DNA of 64,000 nucleotides from Flavobacteriaceae bacterium. Its GTDB lineage: Bacteria > Bacteroidota > Bacteroidia > Flavobacteriales > Flavobacteriaceae. Positions 46,408 through 55,868 of this stretch are shown here, piece by piece; the stretch's first letter is position 1; every line of letters begins with the position of its first letter. The stretch covers positions 54,825 to 118,824 of the forward strand of contig JBMYWH010000004.1 in NCBI GenBank assembly GCA_049607205.1, given 5' to 3'. The notes under the pieces were generated by a model. That model was not told the DNA's origin, did not search any database, and saw only the letters and a list, made by a program, of their open reading frames with translations. Made by a program: the position numbers and the translations under genes.

Positions 46408-47594
46408 TGATTTCCTCTGAGCAAGCCCTTACTGTAGTTTTAGAATCTGTGAAAAGTTATGGGCTGGAAACAGTTTCTGTTTTTGATTCTGTGAATCGAG
46501 TTTTGGCCGAGCCTGTTTGCGCAGATCGAGATTTTCCACCTTTCAATCGCGTGGCGATGGACGGTGTGGCTATTCATTCTAAAGGGCTGTTAAATTCAGA
46601 CTTAAAATTTAAAATTCAAGCCACTCAAGGAGCAGGGGAAAAAGCATTGTCTTTAAAGGATTCTACTTATGCCATAGAGATAATGACCGGGGCTGTATTG
46701 CCTTCTGGTTGTGATTTAGTGATACCCTACGAGAGGTTGGAACTGAGAGAAAAGACTGTTGTTCTTGACTCGGATTCATGGGTTCCATGGAAAAATATAC
46801 ATAGACAAGGATCAGATCAGAAAAAAGGAAGTCTCTTGATAGAGAAAGGTACTTTAATTCGTTCTTCTCATATTTCTATATTGGCAACTGTTGGATTGAC
46901 TAAGGTGTCTGTTGAAGCTTTACCTAAAATTGCAGTGGTTTCTACCGGGGATGAATTAGTAGGTCTAGATATAGAGCCTTTGCCTCATCAAATTAGAATG
47001 AGTAATTCTATTTTTTTACAAACTGATTTAAGGTGTAGATATGGTGTTGAAGCAGACTTGTTTCATTTGAAGGATGACTTTGAGTATTTGAAAACTAAGG
47101 TTTCGGAGCTTCTAGATCTTTATGATGTATTGCTTTTTTCTGGAGGAGTTTCTATGGGTAAATTTGATTTTCTACCTAAGGTGTTTTCTTTGAATTCGGT
47201 GGAAGAGCATTTTCATAAAGTAGCGCAGAGACCCGGAAAACCTTTGTGGTTTGGTTCTGGGGAGGGTTCAGTGGTTTTTGGGTTTCCTGGAAACCCTATT
47301 TCAACATTTACCTGTTACCATTATTATTTCAGGAAGTGGTTAGATGGTTGCTTGAATATCTCACAGAAAAAACAAAATGCGGTACTTTCAGAGGCTATAG
47401 ACTTCAAGCCTGATCTGCGCTTGTTTCAACTGGTTTCTTTGGATAAATCAAATGGGGAAATCATGGCGAGTCTAATAAAAGGAAGTGGTTCTGGAGATTT
47501 GACAGTTTTTTCTAAGGCGGAAGGAATTTTGGTTTTGAATAGAGGGCAAGACCGTTATCCAGCGAATAATAATTATGAATTAATTGAAATCTAA
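46407..47594 (+). CDS. moeA: molybdopterin molybdenumtransferase
   Basis: MoeA N/linker, MoCF_biosynth (VLLFSGGVSMGKFD) and C-terminal domains. GTG is the first start after an in-frame TAA. Confidence 0.9.
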   Translation: MISSEQALTVVLESVKSYGLETVSVFDSVNRVLAEPVCADRDFPPFNRVAMDGVAIHSKGLLNSDLKFKIQATQGAGEKALSLKDSTYAIEIMTGAVLPSGCDLVIPYERLELREKTVVLDSDSWVPWKNIHRQGSDQKKGSLLIEKGTLIRSSHISILATVGLTKVSVEALPKIAVVSTGDELVGLDIEPLPHQIRMSNSIFLQTDLRCRYGVEADLFHLKDDFEYLKTKVSELLDLYDVLLFSGGVSMGKFDFLPKVFSLNSVEEHFHKVAQRPGKPLWFGSGEGSVVFGFPGNPISTFTCYHYYFRKWLDGCLNISQKKQNAVLSEAIDFKPDLRLFQLVSLDKSNGEIMASLIKGSGSGDLTVFSKAEGILVLNRGQDRYPANNNYELIEI

Positions 47595-48079
47595 TGAGTG
47601 ATTTTTCACATATAAATAAATCTAACCAGCCTAAGATGGTGGATGTTGGACTGAAACAAGAGAGTCGTCGTGTGGCGAGAGCTCAGGCATTAATTAAAGT
47701 AAGTAATGAGCTGTATGAAGCTATTGAGAATTCGGCCTTAGGTAATGAGTTTCACAGTGCAAAAGGTCCGGTCTTTCAAACGGCAATTATTGCGGGTATT
47801 CAAGGTGTTAAGCAATGTGCAAATTTGATACCGATGTGTCATCCTTTAGCAATTAGTGGGGTGGATATTAAGATTAATGCAGATAAGAATCAGGAGATAA
47901 AAATTATTTGTGAAGTTAAAGTAGAGGGTAAAACAGGTGTTGAAATGGAGGCTCTTATGGGGGCGAATATAGCGGCACTTACTGTTTATGATATGTGTAA
48001 GGCAGTAGATCCTTATATGGTAGTTAGAGAGCTCAAGGTACTAGAAAAACAAGGAGGTAAAAGAGATTTTCAGCTATGA
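47594..48079 (+). CDS. moaC: cyclic pyranopterin monophosphate synthase
   Basis: MVDVG.K, IPMCHPL and TGVEMEAL motifs. TAATG overlap with moeA. Confidence 0.93.
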   Translation: MSDFSHINKSNQPKMVDVGLKQESRRVARAQALIKVSNELYEAIENSALGNEFHSAKGPVFQTAIIAGIQGVKQCANLIPMCHPLAISGVDIKINADKNQEIKIICEVKVEGKTGVEMEALMGANIAALTVYDMCKAVDPYMVVRELKVLEKQGGKRDFQL

Positions 48080-49149
48080 AAAAGCATGTAAAACATCAGA
48101 AACTTGAACGTGTTAATTATGAGGAGGTTTCTCTCTTGGGGACTTCTTGTGCTAAGATTAAGGATTTTATCAATCACTTTTCTGAGTCTTTCCAGGGTAG
48201 CTTGGCTTATTTAGATGGTGATCATGATAGAGAGGCTGAAGTTCCGGGTTTTGCGAATTACACCTTTAATGATAAAGGTTTTTTCTCTAGTATGACTCAT
48301 GGGAATATAGAGAAGTCTTCGCGTGAAACGGCTTGGAGTTCTTATGATTTGGTTTTAGTTAATGGCAATCATTTTAAGGCAAAAAAACAAATTGTGTTTC
48401 TAGATCCACAAAAAAAAGGATCGGTTCTCAGGAGATTAGATCAGCTTACAGATTTGGTTGCGGTGGTTTGCTTGGATTCTTGGGAAATTTATCCAGAGTT
48501 AAATTTAGCAGAGGATTGCCCTGTTTTAAAAAGTGAAGAGGAGTTGATTTCTTTTCTTCTTTCTAGTTACGAGCTAAAGCCACTTGATGGATTGATTCTT
48601 TTAGGCGGTAAAAGCCAGAGAATGGGAAGTGATAAAGGAGAAATTGTATATGGAAATCAGCCTCAAAAAATCGCTATAGATCAATTATTAGCTGACTCCG
48701 GTGTGCTCAATCGCTATTTCAGTGTGCGTCAAGGACAGCATCTTGAACTATCTAATCGGGTAGAAGATGAATTTTTAAATCTAGGACCTATGGGAGGAAT
48801 CTTATCCGCTTTTAAACAAAATCCCAATAGAGCTTTGTTGGTTCTGGCTAATGACTTACCTTATTTAAAAAGTGAACATATTGAATTGTTGATCTCAGAA
48901 CGGGACCCTAATAAAGTTGCGACTGCATTTAAGGGTCGCTCTAAGGACTTTGTAGAACCTTTAGTCTGTATCTATGAGCCTAAGGCTTATCCAATATTGT
49001 TGAGTTATCTGGCTGCAGGGTATTCTTGCCCTAGAAAAATGTTAATCAATAATCAGGTAAAAGTTATAGAGGTAGATGATTCTTGGATTACCAATGTAAA
49101 TACAAAAGAAGAATTAAGAGCTATTCAAAGTAAAGATGGATTACAGTAG
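48076..49149 (+). CDS. mobA: MobB-like (degenerate P-loop) domain fused to molybdenum cofactor guanylyltransferase MobA
   Basis: The C-terminal roughly 190 aa is MobA-like (LILLGGKSQRMGSDKG, GPMGGILSA, LANDLPYL). The N-terminal roughly 165 aa aligns by eye with E. coli MobB (DLVLVNGNHF vs DLILVEGFKH), but Walker A reads LLGTSCAK. Confidence 0.72.
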   Translation: MKKHVKHQKLERVNYEEVSLLGTSCAKIKDFINHFSESFQGSLAYLDGDHDREAEVPGFANYTFNDKGFFSSMTHGNIEKSSRETAWSSYDLVLVNGNHFKAKKQIVFLDPQKKGSVLRRLDQLTDLVAVVCLDSWEIYPELNLAEDCPVLKSEEELISFLLSSYELKPLDGLILLGGKSQRMGSDKGEIVYGNQPQKIAIDQLLADSGVLNRYFSVRQGQHLELSNRVEDEFLNLGPMGGILSAFKQNPNRALLVLANDLPYLKSEHIELLISERDPNKVATAFKGRSKDFVEPLVCIYEPKAYPILLSYLAAGYSCPRKMLINNQVKVIEVDDSWITNVNTKEELRAIQSKDGLQ

Positions 49150-50164
49150 ACAGATCAGTTTAATTGGCCCTGAAAACCAGCAGCGCATTAACAAAGGGCT
49201 CGTCCTTGTTCTTGGAGCCGGTGGTCTAGGGAGTTTTGTCGCAATGGCTCTTGCTGCTAGTGGGGTAAAGCATCTTGTTTTAGTTGATTTTGATCAGGTG
49301 TCAAATTCCAATTTGCACAGACAGTTTTTATATAAATTAAAGGATGTTGGACGCCCTAAGGTGGCTGCGCTTTCTGAGCAGCTCCAAGCTTTGAATCCGG
49401 AGATAAATGTCTTGATTCAAGAGAAATTTTTTGATCGTGAATTAGGGGAAGTTTTATTTCCTAAAGTTGATTTAATTGTGGATTGTTTGGATCATATGCC
49501 TTCTAAATATTTGGCAAGTGATTTGGCAGTTGTTTATGGGAAAGCATTAGTGTATGGATCTCTTTATAAGCAGACCGCCTATGTTTCTTGTTTTAATTAT
49601 TTAACTCCTTCAAGCTTAAGATCGGCACATTTGAGAGATTATTTCAAAGAATCTAAAACTCAAGCAGATTTGTCTTGTCAGCAGGTGGGGATCTTGAATC
49701 CTATAGTAAATGTTTGTGCAGGTATGCAAGTGGATTTGGCTCTTAAGGTTTTGATGGGTAAACAGGGTGAATTGGAAGATGCAATGCAAGTGATTGGTCT
49801 TGATCGCTATGATATTTTCAAATTAAAACCTAGTAAGTCTCGAATGACAAGAGCTGAAGTCGTTCTTTTAAGGTCTAGGTTAAATAAGGAGATTCATTGG
49901 GAGGAATTAAATGGAGATGAAGTGTTATATACACCTTTGAAGAAAGGTGATCTTCCTGAGTATTTATCCAAATGGAATGTGACTTGTGAGGAGGAGCTGG
50001 GTTTAGAAGAGCTTTTGTCAAATTCTTCAATTGATAGACTTTATGTATTTTGTAAAAGGGGGATAAGTAGTTTGAATTTGATATCTGAACATTCAGAATC
50101 TTTTAGGGAAGTAGAATTTATTAATGTAGTTGGAGGATTAGAAACATATGATAAAGGCAAGTGA
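49136..50164 (+). CDS. moeB: ThiF/MoeB-family adenylyltransferase with C-terminal rhodanese-like domain
   Basis: VLVLGAGGLGS...VDFDQVSNSNLHRQ, plus a C-terminal rhodanese-like loop FCKRGISS. Confidence 0.85.
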   Translation: MDYSRQISLIGPENQQRINKGLVLVLGAGGLGSFVAMALAASGVKHLVLVDFDQVSNSNLHRQFLYKLKDVGRPKVAALSEQLQALNPEINVLIQEKFFDRELGEVLFPKVDLIVDCLDHMPSKYLASDLAVVYGKALVYGSLYKQTAYVSCFNYLTPSSLRSAHLRDYFKESKTQADLSCQQVGILNPIVNVCAGMQVDLALKVLMGKQGELEDAMQVIGLDRYDIFKLKPSKSRMTRAEVVLLRSRLNKEIHWEELNGDEVLYTPLKKGDLPEYLSKWNVTCEEELGLEELLSNSSIDRLYVFCKRGISSLNLISEHSESFREVEFINVVGGLETYDKGK

Positions 50165-51923
50165 TTATTATAAAGAAAAGTTTGAATTAGCTTCTAAAGC
50201 TTATTCAAAGCTTAAAAAAGAAAGAAGATGGGTTGGGTTGATTCGTCTGATAGTATTTGTGCTTACGGCAAGCTTGGTGTATAATTTTTATCAAAACACT
50301 GTTGTCTGGTCTTTGAGTTTAATCTTAGGTTTAAGCGTGTTTTTGTTTCTAGTTAGAAAGCATGTAGATCAGAAAAAGGGTTTGATTTCTTTATTGAACC
50401 GTATGGAATTGTTGAAGAACTATCAGTCACTTCTCGATGGTGATTCTAGTTTTCAAAACGATGGCAGTAAATGGGAACCACAAGTACATGCCTATAGTAA
50501 TGATTTGGATTTATTTGGTCAGGGTTCCTTTTTTCAATTGCTTAATACTACGGTGACCCCACAAGGGGAACATGTGTTAGCCTCTAAGTTGCTCTCCAAT
50601 GATATTGTTGAAATTCAAGAGAAACAGAATTTTATTAAGGAGTTAGCTGGCTTGTCTGATTTTAGACTAGAGTTTTCCACTCAGGCTAAAGGTCGAGAAG
50701 TCTCAGTAGAAAAAATAGAGCAGACCTATAAGTTCCTTGAAGATTATCAAGACAGTGGACTTAAGATATCTTCGATGGTTGTTCATTTGTTTTCCACAGT
50801 TAGTGTGGGGTTACTTCTGGGTGTTTCGTTTTTCAGCCTTCCTTTTGTATTGCTTTTAATTTGGGGAATTATTGGACTTGTCCTTACGGGTGTCTACTTC
50901 AAACGAACCAATGATTTCAGTAGTATAACTGATGATTTACTTCCTGTTCTGCAAGGACAGGCTAATTTATTGGATTATGCTCAGAAGGTGACTTTTCACA
51001 CCTTACATGGAAAAAATCTTCAATCTTTATTTCAATTGGATAGGCTCAACCCTGGAGCTGTTATAGGGCAATTCTCAAGAATTATTTCCCGATTGGACCA
51101 GCGTAATAATATGATGATTGGTGTTCTGGCAAACGCTTTGTTGCTGTGGGATATTAGGCAAATGAATGCGGTGAATAAGTGGTTAGATTCTTATAGATCT
51201 TTATGGGGGAACTGGAGACGCAGTTTAGCTGAATTGGATGCTTCTAAGGCTTTAGCGGATTTTGTGTTTCACCACCCTGATTATTCTTTCGCTAGTTTGA
51301 CAGCGGATCGGGGACAGGTTGTGGCAAGGGGCTTGGGACATCCTTTGATTGATCAGGAGCATTTGGTTAAAAACGACATGGAATTAAAGCGTGGGAATTT
51401 ATGGGTGGTAACGGGCGCAAATATGGCTGGGAAATCCACTTTTTTAAGAAGTTTGGGATTAAGTGTTATGATGTCAAATATGGGATTGCCGGTCTGTGCT
51501 TCAGAGTTTGAGTACCATCCTGTACGTTTAATTAGCTCTATGAGAACTTCTGATTCCTTAATGGAGCAATCTTCTTATTTTCATGCCGAGTTATATCGTT
51601 TAAAATATGTACTGAATCACGCCTTAGAACAAGAGTATCTGGTGTTGTTAGATGAGATTTTGAAAGGAACGAATTCAGTAGATAAAGCTGAAGGGTCTTT
51701 TAGATATTTAAGAAAATTACATAGAGGGCCTTCAAGTATTGTAGTGGCCACTCATGATCTGAGTTTATGTGATCTAGCGAATGATTCTCAGACTGTGTCA
51801 AATTATTTTTTTGAGGCTGATATTAAGGCGGATGAATTAAGTTTTGATTATAAGCTTCAGCATGGGATTTGCAAGAATATGAATGCGAGTTACTTACTTA
51901 AGAAAATGGATTTGATCGACTAA
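50148..51923 (+). CDS. membrane-spanning MutS-related ATPase (MutS core + domain V only)
   Basis: Walker A TGANMAGKSTFLRS, Walker B LVLLDEILKGTN, signature-like STHD (ATHDL). Core-like LDLFGQGSFFQLLNTTVTPQG. Two pairs of TM helices. No mismatch-binding or Smr domain. Confidence 0.8.
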   Translation: MIKASDYYKEKFELASKAYSKLKKERRWVGLIRLIVFVLTASLVYNFYQNTVVWSLSLILGLSVFLFLVRKHVDQKKGLISLLNRMELLKNYQSLLDGDSSFQNDGSKWEPQVHAYSNDLDLFGQGSFFQLLNTTVTPQGEHVLASKLLSNDIVEIQEKQNFIKELAGLSDFRLEFSTQAKGREVSVEKIEQTYKFLEDYQDSGLKISSMVVHLFSTVSVGLLLGVSFFSLPFVLLLIWGIIGLVLTGVYFKRTNDFSSITDDLLPVLQGQANLLDYAQKVTFHTLHGKNLQSLFQLDRLNPGAVIGQFSRIISRLDQRNNMMIGVLANALLLWDIRQMNAVNKWLDSYRSLWGNWRRSLAELDASKALADFVFHHPDYSFASLTADRGQVVARGLGHPLIDQEHLVKNDMELKRGNLWVVTGANMAGKSTFLRSLGLSVMMSNMGLPVCASEFEYHPVRLISSMRTSDSLMEQSSYFHAELYRLKYVLNHALEQEYLVLLDEILKGTNSVDKAEGSFRYLRKLHRGPSSIVVATHDLSLCDLANDSQTVSNYFFEADIKADELSFDYKLQHGICKNMNASYLLKKMDLID

Positions 51924-52342
51924 GGATGGGCGTTGATCCAGACATGTCCTTTTGTTGTGAATTCTTTTTTCCAGATGGGAACCGTTTCTTTTAAGGTCTT
52001 GATTGCGTAACTACAAGCTTGTTGAGCTGCTTCTTTATGGGCAGAGGATACCGCTATAATCACCGGTATTTCACCGATTTCTAGACTTCCGATAGCATGA
52101 TGTATGGCGATTTTTTTAATCTCGAAGCGTTGGAGACATTGATCTGCAATTTTTTGCATTTCTTTAATTGCCATAGGTTTGTAGGCACTGAATTCGAGGC
52201 GGTTTACCTCTTCTCCTTTATTGTGATTGCGTACGGTTCCTATAAAGCATTCAATGGCTCCGCAAGAGGGGTCTTTCGTGAAGTTAAAGGCTTGGTTTAA
52301 GTCTAGGGCTTGATCGCTAAGTATGATTTGAGTTTTATTCAT
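51920..52342 (-). CDS. moaE: molybdopterin synthase catalytic subunit
   Basis: MoaE-like (GAIECFIGTVRN, FSAYKPMA, PIWKKE), 140 aa. Confidence 0.9.
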   Translation of the reverse strand: MNKTQIILSDQALDLNQAFNFTKDPSCGAIECFIGTVRNHNKGEEVNRLEFSAYKPMAIKEMQKIADQCLQRFEIKKIAIHHAIGSLEIGEIPVIIAVSSAHKEAAQQACSYAIKTLKETVPIWKKEFTTKGHVWINAHP

Positions 52343-52344
52343 GA

Positions 52345-52590
52345 TTAACCTCCGGCTACTGGTGGGATTAAAGCTATCTGATCACCATCTTTAATGGATT
52401 CATCTTCTTGGGCGTAAGTTTCATTTATAGCAATAGTGAAATTCGAATATTCCTTAAGTTCAGGAAAAAAATGCATCAATGCTTCTTTGAATTCTACTAC
52501 GGAAAGTTCTTGTTCAAATTGAATTTCATTTAAATCAGGGTCAATGATTTCAGAAATAATTCCAAAGCTTAAAAGTTGTATTGTTATCAT
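52345..52590 (-). CDS. moaD: molybdopterin synthase sulfur-carrier subunit (ThiS/MoaD fold)
   Basis: 81 aa ending in PPVAGG, directly upstream of moaE. Confidence 0.85.
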   Translation of the reverse strand: MITIQLLSFGIISEIIDPDLNEIQFEQELSVVEFKEALMHFFPELKEYSNFTIAINETYAQEDESIKDGDQIALIPPVAGG

Positions 52591-52594
52591 AGTT

Positions 52595-52602
52595 CAAAAT
52601 TA
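52595..52602 (-). promoter_or_regulatory. Bacteroidota -7 promoter box for moaDE
   Basis: Minus-strand TAATTTTG, 4 nt before the moaD ATG (52588-52590). Confidence 0.4.
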
Positions 52603-52606
52603 TAGG

Positions 52607-52614
52607 TAAATTTG
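52607..52614 (+). promoter_or_regulatory. Bacteroidota -7 promoter box for queG
   Basis: TAAATTTG, 5 nt before ATG 52620. Confidence 0.4.
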
Positions 52615-52619
52615 TCCTT

Positions 52620-53555
52620 ATGCAAGAGAATTTAAAAGCACAGGCTAGTGAATTGATTAAATCTAAGGCTTTAGCCCTTGGATTCACTTCGATTGGTATT
52701 GCTAAAGCTAGGTTTTTAGAGGAAGAGGCAGCTCCCTTTGAACAGTGGCTTAATAAAGGGTATCAAGGAGAAATGAGTTATTTAGAGCGTAATTTTGACA
52801 AGCGACTCGATCCAAGATTACTTGTAGATGGAGCAAAATCTGTCATCTCTCTTTCTTATAATTATTTTCCTCAAGAGGAGCAGCGCTCAGATAGTTATAA
52901 GGTTGCTCGCTATGCCTACGGTCAAGACTATCATCATGTTATTAAGGATAAACTCAAAGAATTGGTTTCTTTTATTCATCAGGAAATTGGTGAGGTTGGT
53001 GGTCGAGCATTTACCGATTCTGCTCCTGTGTTAGAGCGTGCTTGGGCCCAAGAATCCGGTTTGGGATGGCGTGGTAAGAATTCACTGTTACTACAGAAGA
53101 ATGCTGGTTCTTATTTTTTTCTAGCAGAACTCATTTTAGATATGGATCTTGCTTATGATGTACCTTTTACTCAAGATCATTGTGGAAGCTGTACCAAGTG
53201 TATTGATGCTTGTCCAACTGGAGCGATCCTGGATCACAATCAGGTTGATGGCTCTAAGTGTATTTCTTATTTCACTATTGAATTAAAGGAAGAGCTTCCT
53301 TCTAGTATGAAAGGTCAGTTTGAGGATTGGATGTTCGGTTGTGATATATGTCAAGAGGTTTGTCCATGGAATCGGTTTTCAGCACCTCATCAGGAGTCTT
53401 TATTTCAACCCAACTCGAAACTCTTGAACTATTCAAAGAAGGAATGGGAAGATTTGAGTCAAGAGTTGTTTTCTGAAGTGTTCAAGAAGTCCGCTGTAAA
53501 AAGGACGAAGTATTCAGGTCTGATGAGAAATGTTTCTTTTCTAAGCGAAGATTAG
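52620..53555 (+). CDS. queG: epoxyqueuosine reductase
   Basis: Ferredoxin-type clusters [12 protein letters not shown] and [11 protein letters not shown], QueG-like N-terminal domain. Confidence 0.92.
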   Translation: MQENLKAQASELIKSKALALGFTSIGIAKARFLEEEAAPFEQWLNKGYQGEMSYLERNFDKRLDPRLLVDGAKSVISLSYNYFPQEEQRSDSYKVARYAYGQDYHHVIKDKLKELVSFIHQEIGEVGGRAFTDSAPVLERAWAQESGLGWRGKNSLLLQKNAGSYFFLAELILDMDLAYDVPFTQDHCGSCTKCIDACPTGAILDHNQVDGSKCISYFTIELKEELPSSMKGQFEDWMFGCDICQEVCPWNRFSAPHQESLFQPNSKLLNYSKKEWEDLSQELFSEVFKKSAVKRTKYSGLMRNVSFLSED

Positions 53556-53574
53556 TATTCGGTACAGAAGTTCT

Positions 53575-53582
53575 TATATTTG
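53575..53582 (+). promoter_or_regulatory. Bacteroidota -7 promoter box for maeB
   Basis: TATATTTG, 17 nt upstream of ATG 53600. Confidence 0.5.
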
Positions 53583-53599
53583 TAGCTAAATTTTTTAAG

Positions 53600-55867
53600 A
53601 TGGATGAGCAAAAAATAAGGCGAGAAGCCCTACTGTATCACGCTAAACCGCAACCAGGTAAGATCGCGGTGGTGCCAACAAAAAAACATTCTTCACAAAG
53701 AGACTTATCATTGGCCTATTCTCCTGGGGTTGCAGAACCTTGTTTAGAGATTGCAAAAGACAAAGCCAATGTCTATAAATATACTTCAAAAGGGAACTTA
53801 GTCGCTGTAATTTCAAATGGGACTGCGGTTCTTGGGTTGGGTGATATCGGTCCAGAAGCCTCTAAACCAGTAATGGAAGGGAAAGGATTACTATTTAAGA
53901 TTTTTGCAGGAATTGATGTATTTGATATTGAGGTAGATGCTACTGATGTGGATAAATTCGTTGAAACTGTTAAAGCCATTGCACCAACCTTTGGTGGAAT
54001 TAATCTTGAAGATATCAAGGCTCCTGAGGCTTTTGAAATAGAGAGACGTTTGAAGGAGGAATTAGATATTCCTGTAATGCACGATGATCAGCATGGTACA
54101 GCCATTATTTCTGCTGCTGCGCTTAAAAATGCAGTAGAACTTGCAGAGAAGAAAATGGATGAGGTCAAAGTTGTTGTAAACGGAGCTGGGGCAGCTGCTA
54201 TTTCTTGTACGCGTTTGTACATGAGATTAGGAGTTAAGAGAGAGAATGTGGTGATGTGCGACTCTAAAGGAGTAATTCGTAAGGATCGCGAAGGATTGAC
54301 TTCTCAGAAATTAGAATTCGCTACAGATCGTGATTTGAATACCTTGGAAGAGGCAATGGTAGATTCCGACGTTTTTATCGGGCTTTCTAAAGGGGATGTG
54401 GTCACTCCTGCTATGCTTTTGACTATGGCGGATACGCCTATTGTGTTTGCTATGGCGAATCCAGATCCAGAGATTAAATACGATGTTGCGATTGCAACTA
54501 GAAAAGATATTATTATGGCAACAGGACGTTCGGATCATCCTAATCAGGTGAACAACGTTCTTGGTTTCCCATTCATATTCCGTGGAGCTTTAGATGTTAA
54601 GGCTACTGCAATTAATGAAGAAATGAAAATGGCTGCGGTTCATGCCTTAGCCGATTTGGCAAAAACCAATGTGCCAGAAAAAGTAAACTTAGTCTATGAA
54701 GAGGTAAATCTTCAATACGGGAAAAACTATATTATTCCTAAGCCATTTGACCCAAGATTGATTTCTGAAATTCCACCAGCAATTGCAAAGGCAGCTATGG
54801 AATCTGGAGTTGCTCAAGAACCTATTGAGAACTGGGAGAAATACAAGGATGAGCTTCAAGCTCGTTTAAGTACAGGTTCTAAGATGGTTAGATTGCTTCA
54901 CGATAGAGCAAAATCCGACCCTAAGCGAATTGTATTTGCTGAGGCGGATCATTTAGATGTTTTGAAAGCAGCTCAGATTGTTCATGATGAACGAATAGGT
55001 TATCCAATTCTATTAGGAGATCGAGAAGTTATTCTTGAATTGAAGGAAGAAATTGGCTTTTCTGCTGAGGTTCCGATTATTGATCCTAAATCTTCAGAAG
55101 CAAAAGCTTCTAGATATCGATTTGCAGATAAATATTGGGAGGCAAAAAGAAGAAAGGGGATTACCCAACTTGACGCCCGAAAATGGATGAGAGAACGTAA
55201 TTACTATGCTTCAATGATGGTCAATGAAGGTGAAGCTGATTGTTTGATTACGGGTTATTCTCGAAATTATGCTACCGTTGTTAAGCCTATAATAGAACTT
55301 ATCGGTACTGCTAAGGGAATTTCTAGAATTGCTGCAGCGAACTTGATGATGACTAAGAGAGGCCCTATGTTCTTGGCCGATACGACAATCAATATTAATC
55401 CAACGGCGGAACATTTAGCAAAAATATCTCATCTGACTTCTTCTTTAGTGAAGCGCTTTGGGATGAATCCTGTAATGGCTATGCTCTCCTTTGCGAATTT
55501 TGGTGTTAGTAATTCAGAAAGTGCACGTAAAACTCAGGAGGCAGTAAAGTATATTCATAAGCATTATCCAAATGTAATTATTGATGGAGAATTGCAGGCT
55601 GACTTCGCTTTAAACCCTGAATTATTAGAAAAAGAATTTCCTTTTTCAAAGTTGAATGGAAAGAAGGTAAATACACTTATTTTTCCTAACTTAGAATCAG
55701 CGAATATCACCTATAAGTTAATGAAGGAACTAGATGGTACTGAGTCTATTGGTCCAATTATTATGGGATTAGATAAGCCAGCACATATTATACAATTAGG
55801 TGCAAGTGTAGATGAAATGGTCAATATTGCGGCAATAGCTGTAATAGATGCTCAAGAAAGAAAATAA
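53600..55867 (+). CDS. maeB: NADP-dependent malic enzyme (malic enzyme + phosphate acetyltransferase-like domain)
   Basis: 755 aa. Malic enzyme N-terminal and NAD-binding domains (VVNGAGAAAISC) plus a C-terminal PTA-like domain. Confidence 0.95.
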   Translation: MDEQKIRREALLYHAKPQPGKIAVVPTKKHSSQRDLSLAYSPGVAEPCLEIAKDKANVYKYTSKGNLVAVISNGTAVLGLGDIGPEASKPVMEGKGLLFKIFAGIDVFDIEVDATDVDKFVETVKAIAPTFGGINLEDIKAPEAFEIERRLKEELDIPVMHDDQHGTAIISAAALKNAVELAEKKMDEVKVVVNGAGAAAISCTRLYMRLGVKRENVVMCDSKGVIRKDREGLTSQKLEFATDRDLNTLEEAMVDSDVFIGLSKGDVVTPAMLLTMADTPIVFAMANPDPEIKYDVAIATRKDIIMATGRSDHPNQVNNVLGFPFIFRGALDVKATAINEEMKMAAVHALADLAKTNVPEKVNLVYEEVNLQYGKNYIIPKPFDPRLISEIPPAIAKAAMESGVAQEPIENWEKYKDELQARLSTGSKMVRLLHDRAKSDPKRIVFAEADHLDVLKAAQIVHDERIGYPILLGDREVILELKEEIGFSAEVPIIDPKSSEAKASRYRFADKYWEAKRRKGITQLDARKWMRERNYYASMMVNEGEADCLITGYSRNYATVVKPIIELIGTAKGISRIAAANLMMTKRGPMFLADTTININPTAEHLAKISHLTSSLVKRFGMNPVMAMLSFANFGVSNSESARKTQEAVKYIHKHYPNVIIDGELQADFALNPELLEKEFPFSKLNGKKVNTLIFPNLESANITYKLMKELDGTESIGPIIMGLDKPAHIIQLGASVDEMVNIAAIAVIDAQERK

Positions 55868-55868
55868 T

